Source: Deltaproteobacteria bacterium
GTDB taxonomy: Bacteria; CG2-30-53-67
Reading direction: 5' to 3'
Assembly: GCA_013151235.1 (NCBI GenBank)
Contig: JAADIO010000008.1
Span: 1-64,000 of the forward strand
Length of the DNA: 64,000 nt
Shown here: positions 12,893 to 23,070 of the stretch, one piece after another
Layout: each line of letters opens with the position of its first letter
Numbering within the stretch: the first letter of the stretch is position 1
Notes under the pieces: model-generated
The model's database searches: none
Told to the model about the DNA's origin: nothing
What the model saw: only the letters and a program-made list of their open reading frames with translations
Position numbers and translations under genes: made by a program

Positions 12893-13789
12893 TCAGACAT
12901 CCGGTTTATTTATAATCCGGATTTTTGCCTTTTCTTTCAATTTTGTAAGTAATTCCTTTAAAAGTTTCTTCTCTTTTTCTACAGTGATTCTTCGCTGGAT
13001 GATCGGTTTGAACTGTTCCAGGGAACGTGAAATTCCTTCTCTTCGTTCGAGAAGCTGGACGATGTGATAACCTTGCTGCGTTTGAAACACGGGCGCAAAC
13101 TGCATCGGTTTCTTGATGCCGTACACGGCGTCCTCGAAGCTCTTTTCTCCGGTTCCCTTCCGATAAAGACCGATCAGGCCGCCCCGTGCCTTTGTCGCTG
13201 CATCGACGGAATACCTTCGTGCCATTTCCACAAAGCTGCCATCATCTTTGTTCAATTTGTTGTAGAGGTTCTTCGCCGTGACCGGATCGGATACCACAAT
13301 CTGCCGGAGTTTCAGCATGGGGGGGATATTAAATTGATCCCGATGGGTCTTATAGTAGGCCGCAATCTCCTCCTCGCCGACCCGGCTCGCGGAATCTCTC
13401 AAGCTGTTCTGAAGTTTCTCGATAATCAGTTTCTTCTCGTAGCGCTTCACACGATCCTTAATGGTTGCGTCTTTATCCATCTTTCGACGTTCGGCCTCCT
13501 GCAGGAGGAGTGTTTCATCAATCAGCTCCTGAAGGACCCGTTGTTTTTCCGCTTTACTCGGGGCATGTACCTCATTCCGGTGTCTAGGCGATTCAAGTCT
13601 TTTCTCAACATCTCCCTCTGTTACAGGAGTTCCATTGACTTCGACCAGAACGGTTTCTTCAACGGGATGTTTCAATCCCGGCTGAGTCTGACCGGAGGCT
13701 TGTTTCTGCTCCGTCCGGTTACAAGCTTGTGTTGCAAACAGCATTATGAACAGCAAACTTACGGACAGGATCCGCTTTGTCATGGACAA
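12893..13789 (-). CDS. PpiC/parvulin-type peptidyl-prolyl isomerase (PrsA/SurA-like foldase), probable lipoprotein
   Basis: SurA-N-like helical region; parvulin motifs FVEMARRYSVD.ATKARGGLIG and TQQGYHIVQL; hydrophobic N-terminus ending in TQAC. Confidence 0.88.
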   Translation of the reverse strand: MSMTKRILSVSLLFIMLFATQACNRTEQKQASGQTQPGLKHPVEETVLVEVNGTPVTEGDVEKRLESPRHRNEVHAPSKAEKQRVLQELIDETLLLQEAERRKMDKDATIKDRVKRYEKKLIIEKLQNSLRDSASRVGEEEIAAYYKTHRDQFNIPPMLKLRQIVVSDPVTAKNLYNKLNKDDGSFVEMARRYSVDAATKARGGLIGLYRKGTGEKSFEDAVYGIKKPMQFAPVFQTQQGYHIVQLLERREGISRSLEQFKPIIQRRITVEKEKKLLKELLTKLKEKAKIRIINKPDV

Positions 13790-15173
13790 TCTCCTCTGGT
13801 TCTTTCACATTTTTTTGTAGGGCGATCAATTGATTCAGAACATCCTCCGTGACGTTCTTGATGGTCCCTTGTTGCACTGCTTGTTTTTCCATCATGAAAA
13901 CAAAGAGCAGACCTTTTTCGGGAGCCCCCACAAGACCTGCCATGTTGTAACTGTCCGGTAGATGCCCGCTTTTGATCCTGATTTCCGGCTTTGCGGGCAC
14001 GTTGATCCCCCATGCATGATAGATCGGACTTTCAGCCAACGTGGAAAGCGTCCGAATAAAGGATGGGCCGTAGGATTCATCCTGAATCGCTGCAATGAAG
14101 ATGTGCGCCAATATCTCCGGCGTCACGGAATTGAAGCGGCTCAGGCCCGCACCGTCTTTGAGATTCAACGCATCCGCCTGGATGTGATGAGCCTTGAGAA
14201 ACGATATCGTCAGATCTTGTATCGGGGCATTACACTTTTTTTCAAGGGTGTGACGCAATTGTTCCGCGATAAAATTATTACTGTATTTGTTCATTTTGGC
14301 CAGGATTTCAGGGAGGGGAACGGATGTGATCTCCGCAATCGGTGTGCCCCTGTCAGCATGTCCCCGGCGAATGGATCCTTTGATTGTGATGCCGACTTTT
14401 TCGAGTTGCTGCTTCAGGACCGTTGCCGTGTAAAAGGAAGGGGTGGCGACTGAGATGCGGCGCCGATAGGATTGATGATTCCTGTTCCCTCCGGAAACCG
14501 CCAACCAGCCGTTCGACGTCCACAGAAAGGAAGGGAGGCGCTCTCCGGATGCTGTGTCGATCACTTTGCTGATTGAACGTGGAGGATCGAAGGTGACATT
14601 TGTGCCGGCAATTTCATCTCCCTGGAGACTGACCTGGACCGTATTATAATTCAATGACAATGCACTGCTTGGCGCCAAGTAGGGGTCCGCATGACGATTC
14701 TCGGGCCATCCTTTTGCCATTGCGGGGCGAAAAAAGGAATCATCAAAGATAAGGTCCCCCTTCACATGGACAATGCCGGAATCACGTATTCGCCGGGCTA
14801 ATTTTTCAAGTGAAGCCGTGCCTAAGGTAGGGTCGCCTGATCCAACGAGTATCAGGTCTCCTGAAAGCTCACCTTCCCGAACCCTGCCTTCCGAGAGTAT
14901 TCGGGTCTGAAAACGGAAATCGGACCCGAGTTTTCCCAGTAAAAGGATGGTGATAACAAGTTTTTCAAGAGAAGCAGGAGGAAATGGATCGTTGGAGTGA
15001 TAGTCTATAATGAATCGGCGGTGAGAAGCATCGTAAACACAGAAGCCAACCTGTCCATCATTACTTTCTATTTTGCTGAGCAAACACCTGGTTTGAATCT
15101 CAAACGCTTGAATGTTGATTATGGAAAGGTGCAATATGACACAAGAGATAACTATTTCTTTCAATGTATTCAA
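13719..15173 (-). CDS. dacB: D-alanyl-D-alanine carboxypeptidase/endopeptidase (PBP4, peptidase S13)
   Basis: PASLEK (SxxK), GSGDPTL, SNNF (SxN), DGAGLSRFN and KSG motifs; N-terminal signal-like sequence. Confidence 0.92.
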   Translation of the reverse strand: MNTLKEIVISCVILHLSIINIQAFEIQTRCLLSKIESNDGQVGFCVYDASHRRFIIDYHSNDPFPPASLEKLVITILLLGKLGSDFRFQTRILSEGRVREGELSGDLILVGSGDPTLGTASLEKLARRIRDSGIVHVKGDLIFDDSFFRPAMAKGWPENRHADPYLAPSSALSLNYNTVQVSLQGDEIAGTNVTFDPPRSISKVIDTASGERLPSFLWTSNGWLAVSGGNRNHQSYRRRISVATPSFYTATVLKQQLEKVGITIKGSIRRGHADRGTPIAEITSVPLPEILAKMNKYSNNFIAEQLRHTLEKKCNAPIQDLTISFLKAHHIQADALNLKDGAGLSRFNSVTPEILAHIFIAAIQDESYGPSFIRTLSTLAESPIYHAWGINVPAKPEIRIKSGHLPDSYNMAGLVGAPEKGLLFVFMMEKQAVQQGTIKNVTEDVLNQLIALQKNVKEPEEIVHDKADPVRKFAVHNAVCNTSL

Positions 15174-15297
15174 TGCCCCTCTTTGCTCCTGTTTTCAAAG
15201 AATACAAATCTACATCCTGTAAATTTTAGAAAGCAATATTGACGCGTTTTCCTTTCATAAAACATAAGTAAATTTAAATTGTAATGAGAAAATGTTA

Positions 15298-15314
15298 TGC
15301 AAATTTGTTGCCAA
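15298..15314 (-). promoter_or_regulatory. Sigma54 (-24/-12) promoter upstream of dacB-ppiC-giant RHS
   Basis: Minus strand TTGGCAACAAATTTGCA with exact GG-N10-GC spacing, ~125 bp upstream of dacB. Confidence 0.7.
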
Positions 15315-15414
15315 ACTTGACACAACTCGGAATGAAACATCTTAACATACTAAAGATTAATGCTATTATTTCATTATTCAGCAAATCCAAGTAGGTACCC
15401 AAAGAATCATAATA

Positions 15415-15471
15415 TGAAATATTTTTCCACTATAAGGAAAAAAATTACCATTATTATGTAAAACTTTACCA
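15415..15471. promoter_or_regulatory. Three phased 15-bp pseudo-palindromes, candidate enhancer-binding-protein sites
   Basis: TGAAATATTTTTCCA, GGAAAAAAATTACCA and TGTAAAACTTTACCA at exactly 21-bp period, 100-160 bp upstream of the sigma54 motif. Confidence 0.55.
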
Positions 15472-15548
15472 CAATGTGTATAACTTTCAAATTAACCTTA
15501 AGGTGGAATCGTCGTAGGCAATCAGGTCCCACACAACCAATCAAACCT

Positions 15549-16942
15549 TCATATACCAAGCATCAACTTCGCTGTAAAAAAATAAATCAACAGTCCGGTG
15601 ATGTCCACGATGGTCGTCAGGGCCGGGCTCGCGGGCTCGCAACCACGGCCGGGTCCAGTTTCATGGATGTGGCAGCGAGGGGGAGGACTGCTCCGATCAG
15701 GGTCGCAGTCACCACCTGCAGGCTGAGTGCGATCGCGATGGCCGCCCCGACCTTTGCAAGGGTATAGCCCGCGGGCAGACCTGTCCCGTGGGACAGGAAC
15801 ATGACTTTGCCCCATGAAAGGATGCCCAGAACCAATGCAAGCATGACTGCAATCTTGAGTTCCTTCCAGAGCACTTTGAAAATATCCCGTAATGAGATTT
15901 CGCGGAGCGCCAGGGCGCGCACAACCACCGTGGACGACTGGCTGCCCGTATTCCCGCCTGTGTCTGCCACCATGGGCATGTACAACGCAAGTATCAACAT
16001 CTGCTTCAGGGTAGCCTCGAAGCTTCGGATGATCATACCCGACACAAGTTCCAGCGCGGCAAGACCGACGATCCAGTAAGCCCGGTTCCTAAAATGATTC
16101 CAGGATGACGTCTTCAGGTATACACCTACCTCATGGCTTCCGGTAATAGCCATGAATTTTTCCATGTCCTCGGTATGTTCCTGGGTGATGATGTCGATGG
16201 CATCGTCGTGCGTTATGATCCCCAGTAAGGCATCCTCGCTGTTGATCACCGGCAGGGCGATCAGGTCATATTTCTGGATTAACCTGGCTGCCTCCTCCTG
16301 GTCGTCTTCCACGCGGGCGAAGATGACTTCTCTGTGCATGATCTCCTGAACAATGGCCTGCCGGTGGGCCACAACAAGGTCCTTCAGGGAAACGAATCCG
16401 AGCAGTTCGCGCCGCGGATTCACAACATAGGCGTAATAGATCGTCTCCCGGTCCGGGGCAACCTGCCGGAGATGTTCGATGGCCTGCAATGCGGTTAATC
16501 CGGGAGAGAGGGTAACGTAGTCGGAGGTCATGACCGCACCGGCCGTACCTTCCCTGTAAGCGGAAAGGCGGCGGATGTCTTCCCGCTCCGCCTGCGCCAG
16601 GGCCGGGAGTACGGATTCCCGGAGCTCCTCCGGCAGCTGATGAAACAGGTCCACCCGGTCGTCCGGGTGCATCCCGGTCAGGAGTAGAGCAATCTCACTG
16701 CGCGGCAGGGACTTGACCGTTTCCACCTGGAGATCCTCGTCCAGATGACTGAAGATATCGGCACGAAGGGATGGGTCGGCATGACGAAGCACCTTCCAGA
16801 TTTCTGCGGGCGTGAGTGCGGATATAAAATCTGCAACTGTTGCAGGGTGACCCGTATTACAGAAGTTTCGAAGGGATTTTGTGTCCCCGGCCGCAAGTAT
16901 TTTACGAAGCTCAGGGAGAAGCAGTGGATTCCTGGTGTTCAT
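15549..16942 (-). pseudogene. mgtE: Magnesium transporter MgtE, frameshifted near the C-terminus
   Basis: MgtE N domain, CBS pair and GGNTGSQS membrane motif. An 8-bp tandem duplication (15625-15640) shifts the frame; removing one copy restores VASPALTTIVDITGLLIYFFTAKLMLGI ending at 15549. Confidence 0.85.
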
Positions 16943-17002
16943 GGTTCACCTCCATTTCAGCCGCAAAGAGAGCGCACACGGCCGGAGGTGAAGGAGGGAC
17001 GA

Positions 17003-17140
17003 TCAAGTGAGAAAGTGCCGTCCGGTCAGGTCGCCGGTCGCAAGGCGCGGGCATCGCGGTCCAGGGTCATCGGGTTCGTCTTGTATCAGTACAGAGTGAC
17101 TGTGTTGCCGACAACTGTGACTGTCATCCGATTTGCTCAT
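17003..17140 (-). CDS. Candidate 45-aa leader peptide of mgtE (MSKSDDSHSCRQHSHSVLIQDEPDDPGPRCPRLATGDLTGRHFLT)
   Basis: Strong AGGAGG Shine-Dalgarno just upstream of the ATG; ends 60 nt before mgtE; acidic/Pro stretch DEPDDPGP; below the ORF-track length cut-off. Confidence 0.55.
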   Translation of the reverse strand: MSKSDDSHSCRQHSHSVLIQDEPDDPGPRCPRLATGDLTGRHFLT

Positions 17141-17195
17141 GGATTCCTCCTTTCCTCTTTCTAACAATCAGGAACAACATCGCTCATCCTCCCTT

Positions 17196-18890
17196 TCATG
17201 AAAGGATCTTCGCAACCGCTTCCTCCACGGGGACCTTGGTCACATCCCCGCTTTTACGCTCCTTGATCTCCACGACCCCCTCCCTGAGTCCCCGGTCACC
17301 GATCACGATCCGGCGGGGGATGCCGATCAGGTCGGCATCCTTGAACTTGAAACCGGGGCGTTCGTTCCTGTCGTCAAGGAGGACATCGACCCCCTTCTCC
17401 GTCAGTTCGTCGTAGAATTTTTCCGCCAGTTCGGTCACCTCCTTCGATTTCATGTTGAGGGGAAGAATCAATGCCGTGAAGGGAGCGATCGGTATGGGCC
17501 AGATGATCCCGTCGTCATCGTGGTTCTGCTCGATGGCGGCCGCGGCCGTCCTTCCCACCCCGATCCCGTAGCATCCCATGATCATGGGGCGGCTCTTGCC
17601 GTCCTCATTGAGGAAGGTCGCCCCCATCGCCTCGCTGTATTTCGTCCCGAGCTTGAAAATGTGGCCCACCTCGATCCCCCGGGTGATCCGGAGCGTCCCG
17701 TCGCAACGGGGGCATCCATCCCCTTCCCGGGCGATCCGGATATCCTCGAAGGCGTCGGGCGCAAAATCACGGTTCACCCGTACATGCCGGAGGTGAAGAT
17801 CAGCTCGGTTCGCACCCGTCACCCCGTCCGCAACGAAAAGGATCCCGTGATCGGCAATCACCGGGACACCGGTAAGTCCCACGGGACCGGAGAAACCGGA
17901 GGGACCGCCGGTCACGCGTTGTACGGTTTCTTCATCGGCCAGAGTAATTGTTTCCCAACCGAGACGGTTCTTCAGCTTGATCTCATTGAGTTCGTGATCT
18001 CCACGGACCAACCCGACAGCGGCATGCCCCTCCTCGTCCATGACGATGAGGGTCTTGATCAATCGCTCCGGTTCTATCTTCAGAAAGGCAGCGACTTCCT
18101 CAACGCTCTTTTTTCCCGGGGTTTCGACCTCTTCAACCGCGTCCGCATCTCCGGAAGACTCTGCTGTTCCCTTCCGGATCTCAGCCCTCTCCGTGTTGGC
18201 GGCATAACCGCACGAATCACAGCAGGCCACGGCATCCTCTCCGGTCTCGGCCATGACCATAAACTCATGTGAGAAATTGCCGCCGATCGTTCCCGTGTCG
18301 GCCTCAACGGCCCGGAACGCAAGGCCGCACCGCTCGAAAATCCGGCAGTAGGCGTCGTACATCTTCCGGTAACTCTCGTCGGCGCCCGCCTCGTCCCGGT
18401 CGAAGCTGTAGGCGTCTTTCATAATGAATTCCCGTCCCCGCATGAGGCCGAACCGGGGACGGATCTCGTCGCGGAACTTCGTCTGGATCTGGTAGAGATT
18501 GAGGGGGAGTTCGCGGTAGGACCGTACATTCATCCGGACGAGATCGGTGATCACCTCTTCATGGGTCGGGCCGATACAGAATTCCGTATCTTTCCGGTCG
18601 CGGACGCGAAGCAGTTCCTTCCCGTAGTGGTCCCACCTCCCGCTTTCTTTCCAGAGAGAGGCCGGCTGGACCGCCGGCATCAGAACCTCCTGGGCGCCGG
18701 CCCGGTCCATCTCCTCCCGGATGATCCGCTCAACCTTCCGGACCACCCGGTATCCGAGGGGAAGATAGGTATAGATCCCCGCAGCGAGTTTGCGGATCAT
18801 CCCGGCCCGCATCATCAACCTGTGGCTGACGACTTCGGCTTCGGCAGGATCCTCCTTCAAAGTGGGAATGAGCAGTCTGGAATAGCGCAT
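17196..18890 (-). CDS. proS: Proline--tRNA ligase (bacterial type with editing domain)
   Basis: [38 protein letters not shown] and MGCYGIG motifs. Confidence 0.98.
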   Translation of the reverse strand: MRYSRLLIPTLKEDPAEAEVVSHRLMMRAGMIRKLAAGIYTYLPLGYRVVRKVERIIREEMDRAGAQEVLMPAVQPASLWKESGRWDHYGKELLRVRDRKDTEFCIGPTHEEVITDLVRMNVRSYRELPLNLYQIQTKFRDEIRPRFGLMRGREFIMKDAYSFDRDEAGADESYRKMYDAYCRIFERCGLAFRAVEADTGTIGGNFSHEFMVMAETGEDAVACCDSCGYAANTERAEIRKGTAESSGDADAVEEVETPGKKSVEEVAAFLKIEPERLIKTLIVMDEEGHAAVGLVRGDHELNEIKLKNRLGWETITLADEETVQRVTGGPSGFSGPVGLTGVPVIADHGILFVADGVTGANRADLHLRHVRVNRDFAPDAFEDIRIAREGDGCPRCDGTLRITRGIEVGHIFKLGTKYSEAMGATFLNEDGKSRPMIMGCYGIGVGRTAAAAIEQNHDDDGIIWPIPIAPFTALILPLNMKSKEVTELAEKFYDELTEKGVDVLLDDRNERPGFKFKDADLIGIPRRIVIGDRGLREGVVEIKERKSGDVTKVPVEEAVAKILS

Positions 18891-18937
18891 GCAAACCATC
18901 CTTTGGTGACGGATCAAAAAGAAAAATATCCGGGAAG

Positions 18938-19120
18938 CTATTTTTTACAGGTCGAGATCCCGAACGGCAGATACACGGGACACCAGCCGATCACCGCGGT
19001 AAAGAGAGGAACAATCCCGACGGCACCCCACCAATTTTTAAAATAAATCCCGGCTGCAATGATCACCAGTCCAACGATCACACGAAAAATACGATCCACG
19101 CCTCCTACGTTCTGTTTCAT
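18938..19120 (-). CDS. DUF2892 (YgaP-like) small membrane protein
   Basis: [13 protein letters not shown]...[14 protein letters not shown] pattern; AGGAG RBS. Confidence 0.88.
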   Translation of the reverse strand: MKQNVGGVDRIFRVIVGLVIIAAGIYFKNWWGAVGIVPLFTAVIGWCPVYLPFGISTCKK

Positions 19121-19439
19121 TTTTCTCTCCTTCCTCAATCCCTGTGCATGGTTACACTTTTCCGGCCGCCCCTCACAGTCTGAACCCTGCAGACCCGACG
19201 GGAACACGGACGTCAATATACACTTTTTCAATGCATGTTGCAACCAAGGGAAATCGGGACAAAATTTTCTGCCGCAAACGGAACGGCCCGGATTGATTCC
19301 CTCGTTTTCCATCGGACAAGACATACGGAGCAGACAGCATCGTTTGAAAGGGAGACTTATACAAAAGTTTTTTTGCCTTGACTTCGATCCAAAAATTGGG
19401 AAAGATGTCGGAAAAATCAACCTTCGAAAGGTAACAATT

Positions 19440-19820
19440 ATGAAACTCGTCGATTTTGCAAAAGGGAACGGTCTCATCCCTGCAATTGCACAGGATGTTG
19501 AAAGCGGTGAGGTCCTGATGCTGGCCTATATGAACGAGGCCTCTTTTCAGAAGACTCTCGAAACAGGCAGCGCCTGTTACTACAGCCGGTCGAGAAAAAA
19601 ACTCTGGACCAAGGGAGAGACCTCCGGCCATGTCCAGAAAGTCAAAGAAATCTTTGTAGACTGCGATCGGGACACCATTCTTCTTCGTGTGGAACAAGTC
19701 GGCGGTGCCGCCTGCCACACCGGATACCGAAGCTGTTTTTATCAGAGAGTCGACCAAAACAAACTGACACCTGTCGGTGAACGGGTCTTTGACCCCCAGG
19801 AGGTTTACGGTGAAAAATAG
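19440..19820 (+). CDS. hisI: Phosphoribosyl-AMP cyclohydrolase
   Basis: [29 protein letters not shown] and [10 protein letters not shown] motifs. Confidence 0.96.
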   Translation: MKLVDFAKGNGLIPAIAQDVESGEVLMLAYMNEASFQKTLETGSACYYSRSRKKLWTKGETSGHVQKVKEIFVDCDRDTILLRVEQVGGAACHTGYRSCFYQRVDQNKLTPVGERVFDPQEVYGEK

Positions 19821-20685
19821 ATTAAAATTAGGAATCCCCAAGGGAAGCCTGGAAAAAGCAACCATCGCTCTCTTCGATAAGTCCGGCTGGAAAATCCGGC
19901 CCCATTCCCGGAATTATTTTCCTTCCATTGACGACCCGGAAATTTCCTGCGCACTGGTCCGGGCCCAGGAAATGCCCCGCTACGTGCAGGACGGCACCCT
20001 TGATGTGGGACTGACAGGGAAAGACTGGCTCCTGGAAAACAATGCCGACGTGGAAGTTGTCTGCGACCTGATTTACTCCAAGGCCAGTCAGAAACCGGCC
20101 CGATGGGTTGTTGCCGTTGCCGGGGATTCCCTCCTCCAAAAGATCGAAGACCTGGAGGGGAAAAAGGTCTCCACGGAACTGGTCCGATATACCGAAGCAT
20201 ACTTCAAGGAACGGGGAATCCATGTCGATATCGAGTTTTCCTGGGGAGCGACGGAGGCCAAAGTTGTAGAAGGACTGGTCGATGCCATTGTGGAGATTAC
20301 CGAAACAGAGAGTACAATCCGGGCCCACAGCCTCCGAATCATTCACGAAATGATGGAGACCAACACCCAGCTCGTGGCCAACAGGGACGCCTGGAACGAC
20401 CCGTGGAAACGGAACAAGATCAGCCAGATTGCGACCTTGCTGCAGGGGGCACTGCGGGCCGACAGAATGGTGGGATTAAAAATGAACGTTCCCGAGGACA
20501 AGATCAATCATGTCGTCGATACCCTGCCAAGCATCACAGCACCGACCGTCTCCTCCCTTTACCAGAGTGACTGGGTCTCCGTGGAAACGGTCATCTCCGA
20601 AGCGGAGGTACGGGAACTGGTCCCGAGGCTGATGAAGGCGGGTGCGCAAGGAATTATTGAGTATGCACTGAACAAACTGATCTGA
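19810..20685 (+). CDS. hisG: ATP phosphoribosyltransferase (long form)
   Basis: [23 protein letters not shown] and FSWGATE motifs plus a C-terminal regulatory domain; GTG start. Confidence 0.96.
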   Translation: MKNRLKLGIPKGSLEKATIALFDKSGWKIRPHSRNYFPSIDDPEISCALVRAQEMPRYVQDGTLDVGLTGKDWLLENNADVEVVCDLIYSKASQKPARWVVAVAGDSLLQKIEDLEGKKVSTELVRYTEAYFKERGIHVDIEFSWGATEAKVVEGLVDAIVEITETESTIRAHSLRIIHEMMETNTQLVANRDAWNDPWKRNKISQIATLLQGALRADRMVGLKMNVPEDKINHVVDTLPSITAPTVSSLYQSDWVSVETVISEAEVRELVPRLMKAGAQGIIEYALNKLI

Positions 20686-20791
20686 ACGCTGCTGTCAACA
20701 ACCAGCAAAGACATCTTGCGTAGAAGCAGGTAGAGTGGAAAGGCCTGTAGGAAAAGTCAAAAGCAGATTTGATCCCTTTGCTCGCGAATGA

Positions 20792-21241
20792 TTACTGACG
20801 ACGGATGGATTGAATCACTTCGTCGAGTTGTTGAAGAAAGCGCGATCGGTCGCGTTGATTCAGCGGCGGCGGCCCGCCCGTTATCTCTCCTGCGCCGCGC
20901 AGTACCGACCAAAGGTCCCGGGTCGCGACGGCATCTCCGATATTGTCATCCGTGAACGGCCTGCCGGTTGGACCCATGACATGTGCACCCTTTTTCAGGC
21001 AGCGGCTCGCAAGCGGAATATCCGCGGTGACCACGATGTCGTGCAGTTGCACATGATCGACAATCCAATCATCGGCAGCGTCGAAACCGTCCTCTACAAC
21101 TTCAAGTGCAATCCATTGTTCATTCGGTACCCGCATCCAGGAGTTGGTCACCAAAGTGACATCAAGACGATATCGGCCCGCAATGCGATACACCTCCTGT
21201 TTGACCGGACACGCATCAGCATCTACAAAGATGTGCAGCAA
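20792..21241 (-). CDS. YaiI/YqxD (DUF188) family protein
   Basis: VDADACPVK, DAADDWI and VVTADIPLA motifs; TTG start after GAGGAG. Confidence 0.9.
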   Translation of the reverse strand: MLHIFVDADACPVKQEVYRIAGRYRLDVTLVTNSWMRVPNEQWIALEVVEDGFDAADDWIVDHVQLHDIVVTADIPLASRCLKKGAHVMGPTGRPFTDDNIGDAVATRDLWSVLRGAGEITGGPPPLNQRDRSRFLQQLDEVIQSIRRQ

Positions 21242-21275
21242 ACGAAGCTCCTCACCATTCCCCGGATGAGGGAGG

Positions 21276-23066
21276 TCAAAATTCTTTTTCGTACAGGGCA
21301 TCCAAAAGATCGAAATATTTCCGGGTGACTTCTTTGCGGCGGATCTTCAAAGTTGGGGTCAACTCTCCGGCCTCCCGGGTCAGTTCATGATCGAGGAGGG
21401 CGATCTTCTTGATCTGCTCAAAACGGGCCAGGTCACGCAACTTTTCCCGGATCCGGGAGAAGAGAAAGCTTCGGGCACGGGGAGCTACCGAAAGCTCTGC
21501 GTCATCGGCAAAGGTAAGCCCTTCCCCTTTCAGAACCTCCGACAGGGCACCGAAATCGGGGATCACCAGAGCGGTAAGGTACTTCCGTTTGTCGCCATAG
21601 ACCATCACCTGGCTGATATATTTGTCGGAGGTAAGGAGATTTTCGAGATATTGGGGTGCGACATTCTTGCCGCCGGAAGTCACGATCATATCCTTCTTCC
21701 GGTCGGTGATTCGCACGAATCCATCCTCGTCTATTTGTCCTACATCTCCTGTGTGGAACCACCCGTCCGGATCAATAACCTCCTTCGTCGCCGTTTCGTT
21801 CTTGAAGTACCCCTTCATGACGGAGGGACTCCGGGTCAGGATCTCGCCGTCGTCCATGATTGCAACCTCAACCCCGGGCAGCGCGGGACCGATCGTGCCG
21901 AAACGGATCATGTCATGCCGGTTCGCCGTAATCACAGGCGAGGTCTCCGTCAGGCCGTAGCCTTCGAGAATGGTGACCCCCGCCGCATAGAAGAACTCGG
22001 CGATCTCCCGGGAGAGGGGCGCACCGCCACAGATAAAGTACCGCAGCTTGCCCCCGATCCGTTCCCTGATCTTGTGAAAGACAAGCCGGTCCGCCAGGCC
22101 GTACTGAAGTCGTAATCCAAGGGGTCCTTTCTTCCCCTGCAGACGGTAAGGCGTGAGCTTGCGGCCGGTCTCAATACCCCAGGAAAATATCTTCCGCCGC
22201 GGGGAGGGCGCCGCGTTCACTTTTTCCATAACCCTTGCATACATCTTTTCATAGAGGCGGGGGACGGAAACAACGATGGTAGGCCTGACCTCCATCATGT
22301 TCTCGGCAACGGTATCGATCGACTCGGCATAGGCGATGGCGATCCCGTGAAAGATCATGAAGAACTGCCCCACCGTCCGTTCAAAGACATGGCTCAGGGG
22401 AAGGAAGGAAAGACACCGGTCCTCTTCGGTGACCGGGACGACCGATTCGGATGCCTGCACATTGAAGAGGATGTTTTCATGGGTCAGCATCACCCCCTTC
22501 GGTTCCCCGGTCGTGCCCGACGTGTAGATAATGGTCGCGACATCGGACGATACGGTCCGCCGTAGATGTTCTCCGAAAAGACCGGGCTCCGCCCCGGAAC
22601 GCTCCCGTCCCGACTTCAGAAGGGCATCGAAGAAATCAACATCCTTCTCGTCAACGGGGTCCATCATAATGATCCGCTCAAGCGACGGAAGATCGGACCG
22701 GATGGAGTCGATCTTTTCGAGCTGTTCCTTCGTCGAGACGATCACAACCTTTGCCTCGGCATCGTTCAGAATATAACCGACCTCTTTCGGGGAGTTCGTC
22801 TGATAAACGGGAATGGTGATCGCTCCTTCGGAAAGGATGGCAAGATCGGAGACCGCCCATTCCGGACGGTTCTCGGAGAGGATCGCCACCCGGTCGCCTC
22901 GCCGCACCCCGAGGTCCCAGAGGGCAAGGGCGAAATTGCGGACCTGCTCCTCGAACTGCCGGAAAGTGATCTCCCGGTAGGCCCCATCCGCTTTGTACAT
23001 CAGGGCGGTCCGCGGACCGTAGTGACGGGCGCACTCGATAAAATAGGAATGGAGTGTCTTGCTCAT
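21276..23066 (-). CDS. fadD: Long-chain fatty acid--CoA ligase (AMP-dependent synthetase)
   Basis: IIYTSGTTGEPKGVML, EGYGLTETSP and GWFHTGD motifs. Confidence 0.93.
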   Translation of the reverse strand: MSKTLHSYFIECARHYGPRTALMYKADGAYREITFRQFEEQVRNFALALWDLGVRRGDRVAILSENRPEWAVSDLAILSEGAITIPVYQTNSPKEVGYILNDAEAKVVIVSTKEQLEKIDSIRSDLPSLERIIMMDPVDEKDVDFFDALLKSGRERSGAEPGLFGEHLRRTVSSDVATIIYTSGTTGEPKGVMLTHENILFNVQASESVVPVTEEDRCLSFLPLSHVFERTVGQFFMIFHGIAIAYAESIDTVAENMMEVRPTIVVSVPRLYEKMYARVMEKVNAAPSPRRKIFSWGIETGRKLTPYRLQGKKGPLGLRLQYGLADRLVFHKIRERIGGKLRYFICGGAPLSREIAEFFYAAGVTILEGYGLTETSPVITANRHDMIRFGTIGPALPGVEVAIMDDGEILTRSPSVMKGYFKNETATKEVIDPDGWFHTGDVGQIDEDGFVRITDRKKDMIVTSGGKNVAPQYLENLLTSDKYISQVMVYGDKRKYLTALVIPDFGALSEVLKGEGLTFADDAELSVAPRARSFLFSRIREKLRDLARFEQIKKIALLDHELTREAGELTPTLKIRRKEVTRKYFDLLDALYEKEF

Positions 23067-23070
23067 GATA

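Noticed and set aside
16943-17195. M-box (ykoK) riboswitch upstream of mgtE
   Set aside because: I could not recognise its conserved elements by eye; an Rfam scan is needed to exclude it formally
19130-19260. 6S-like or other ncRNA between the DUF2892 gene and hisI
   Set aside because: Only short hairpins; better explained as promoter and leader sequence
20740-20785. IS-end-like AGGCCTGTAGGAAAAGTC after hisG
   Set aside because: No matching partner end or transposase found; too short to support
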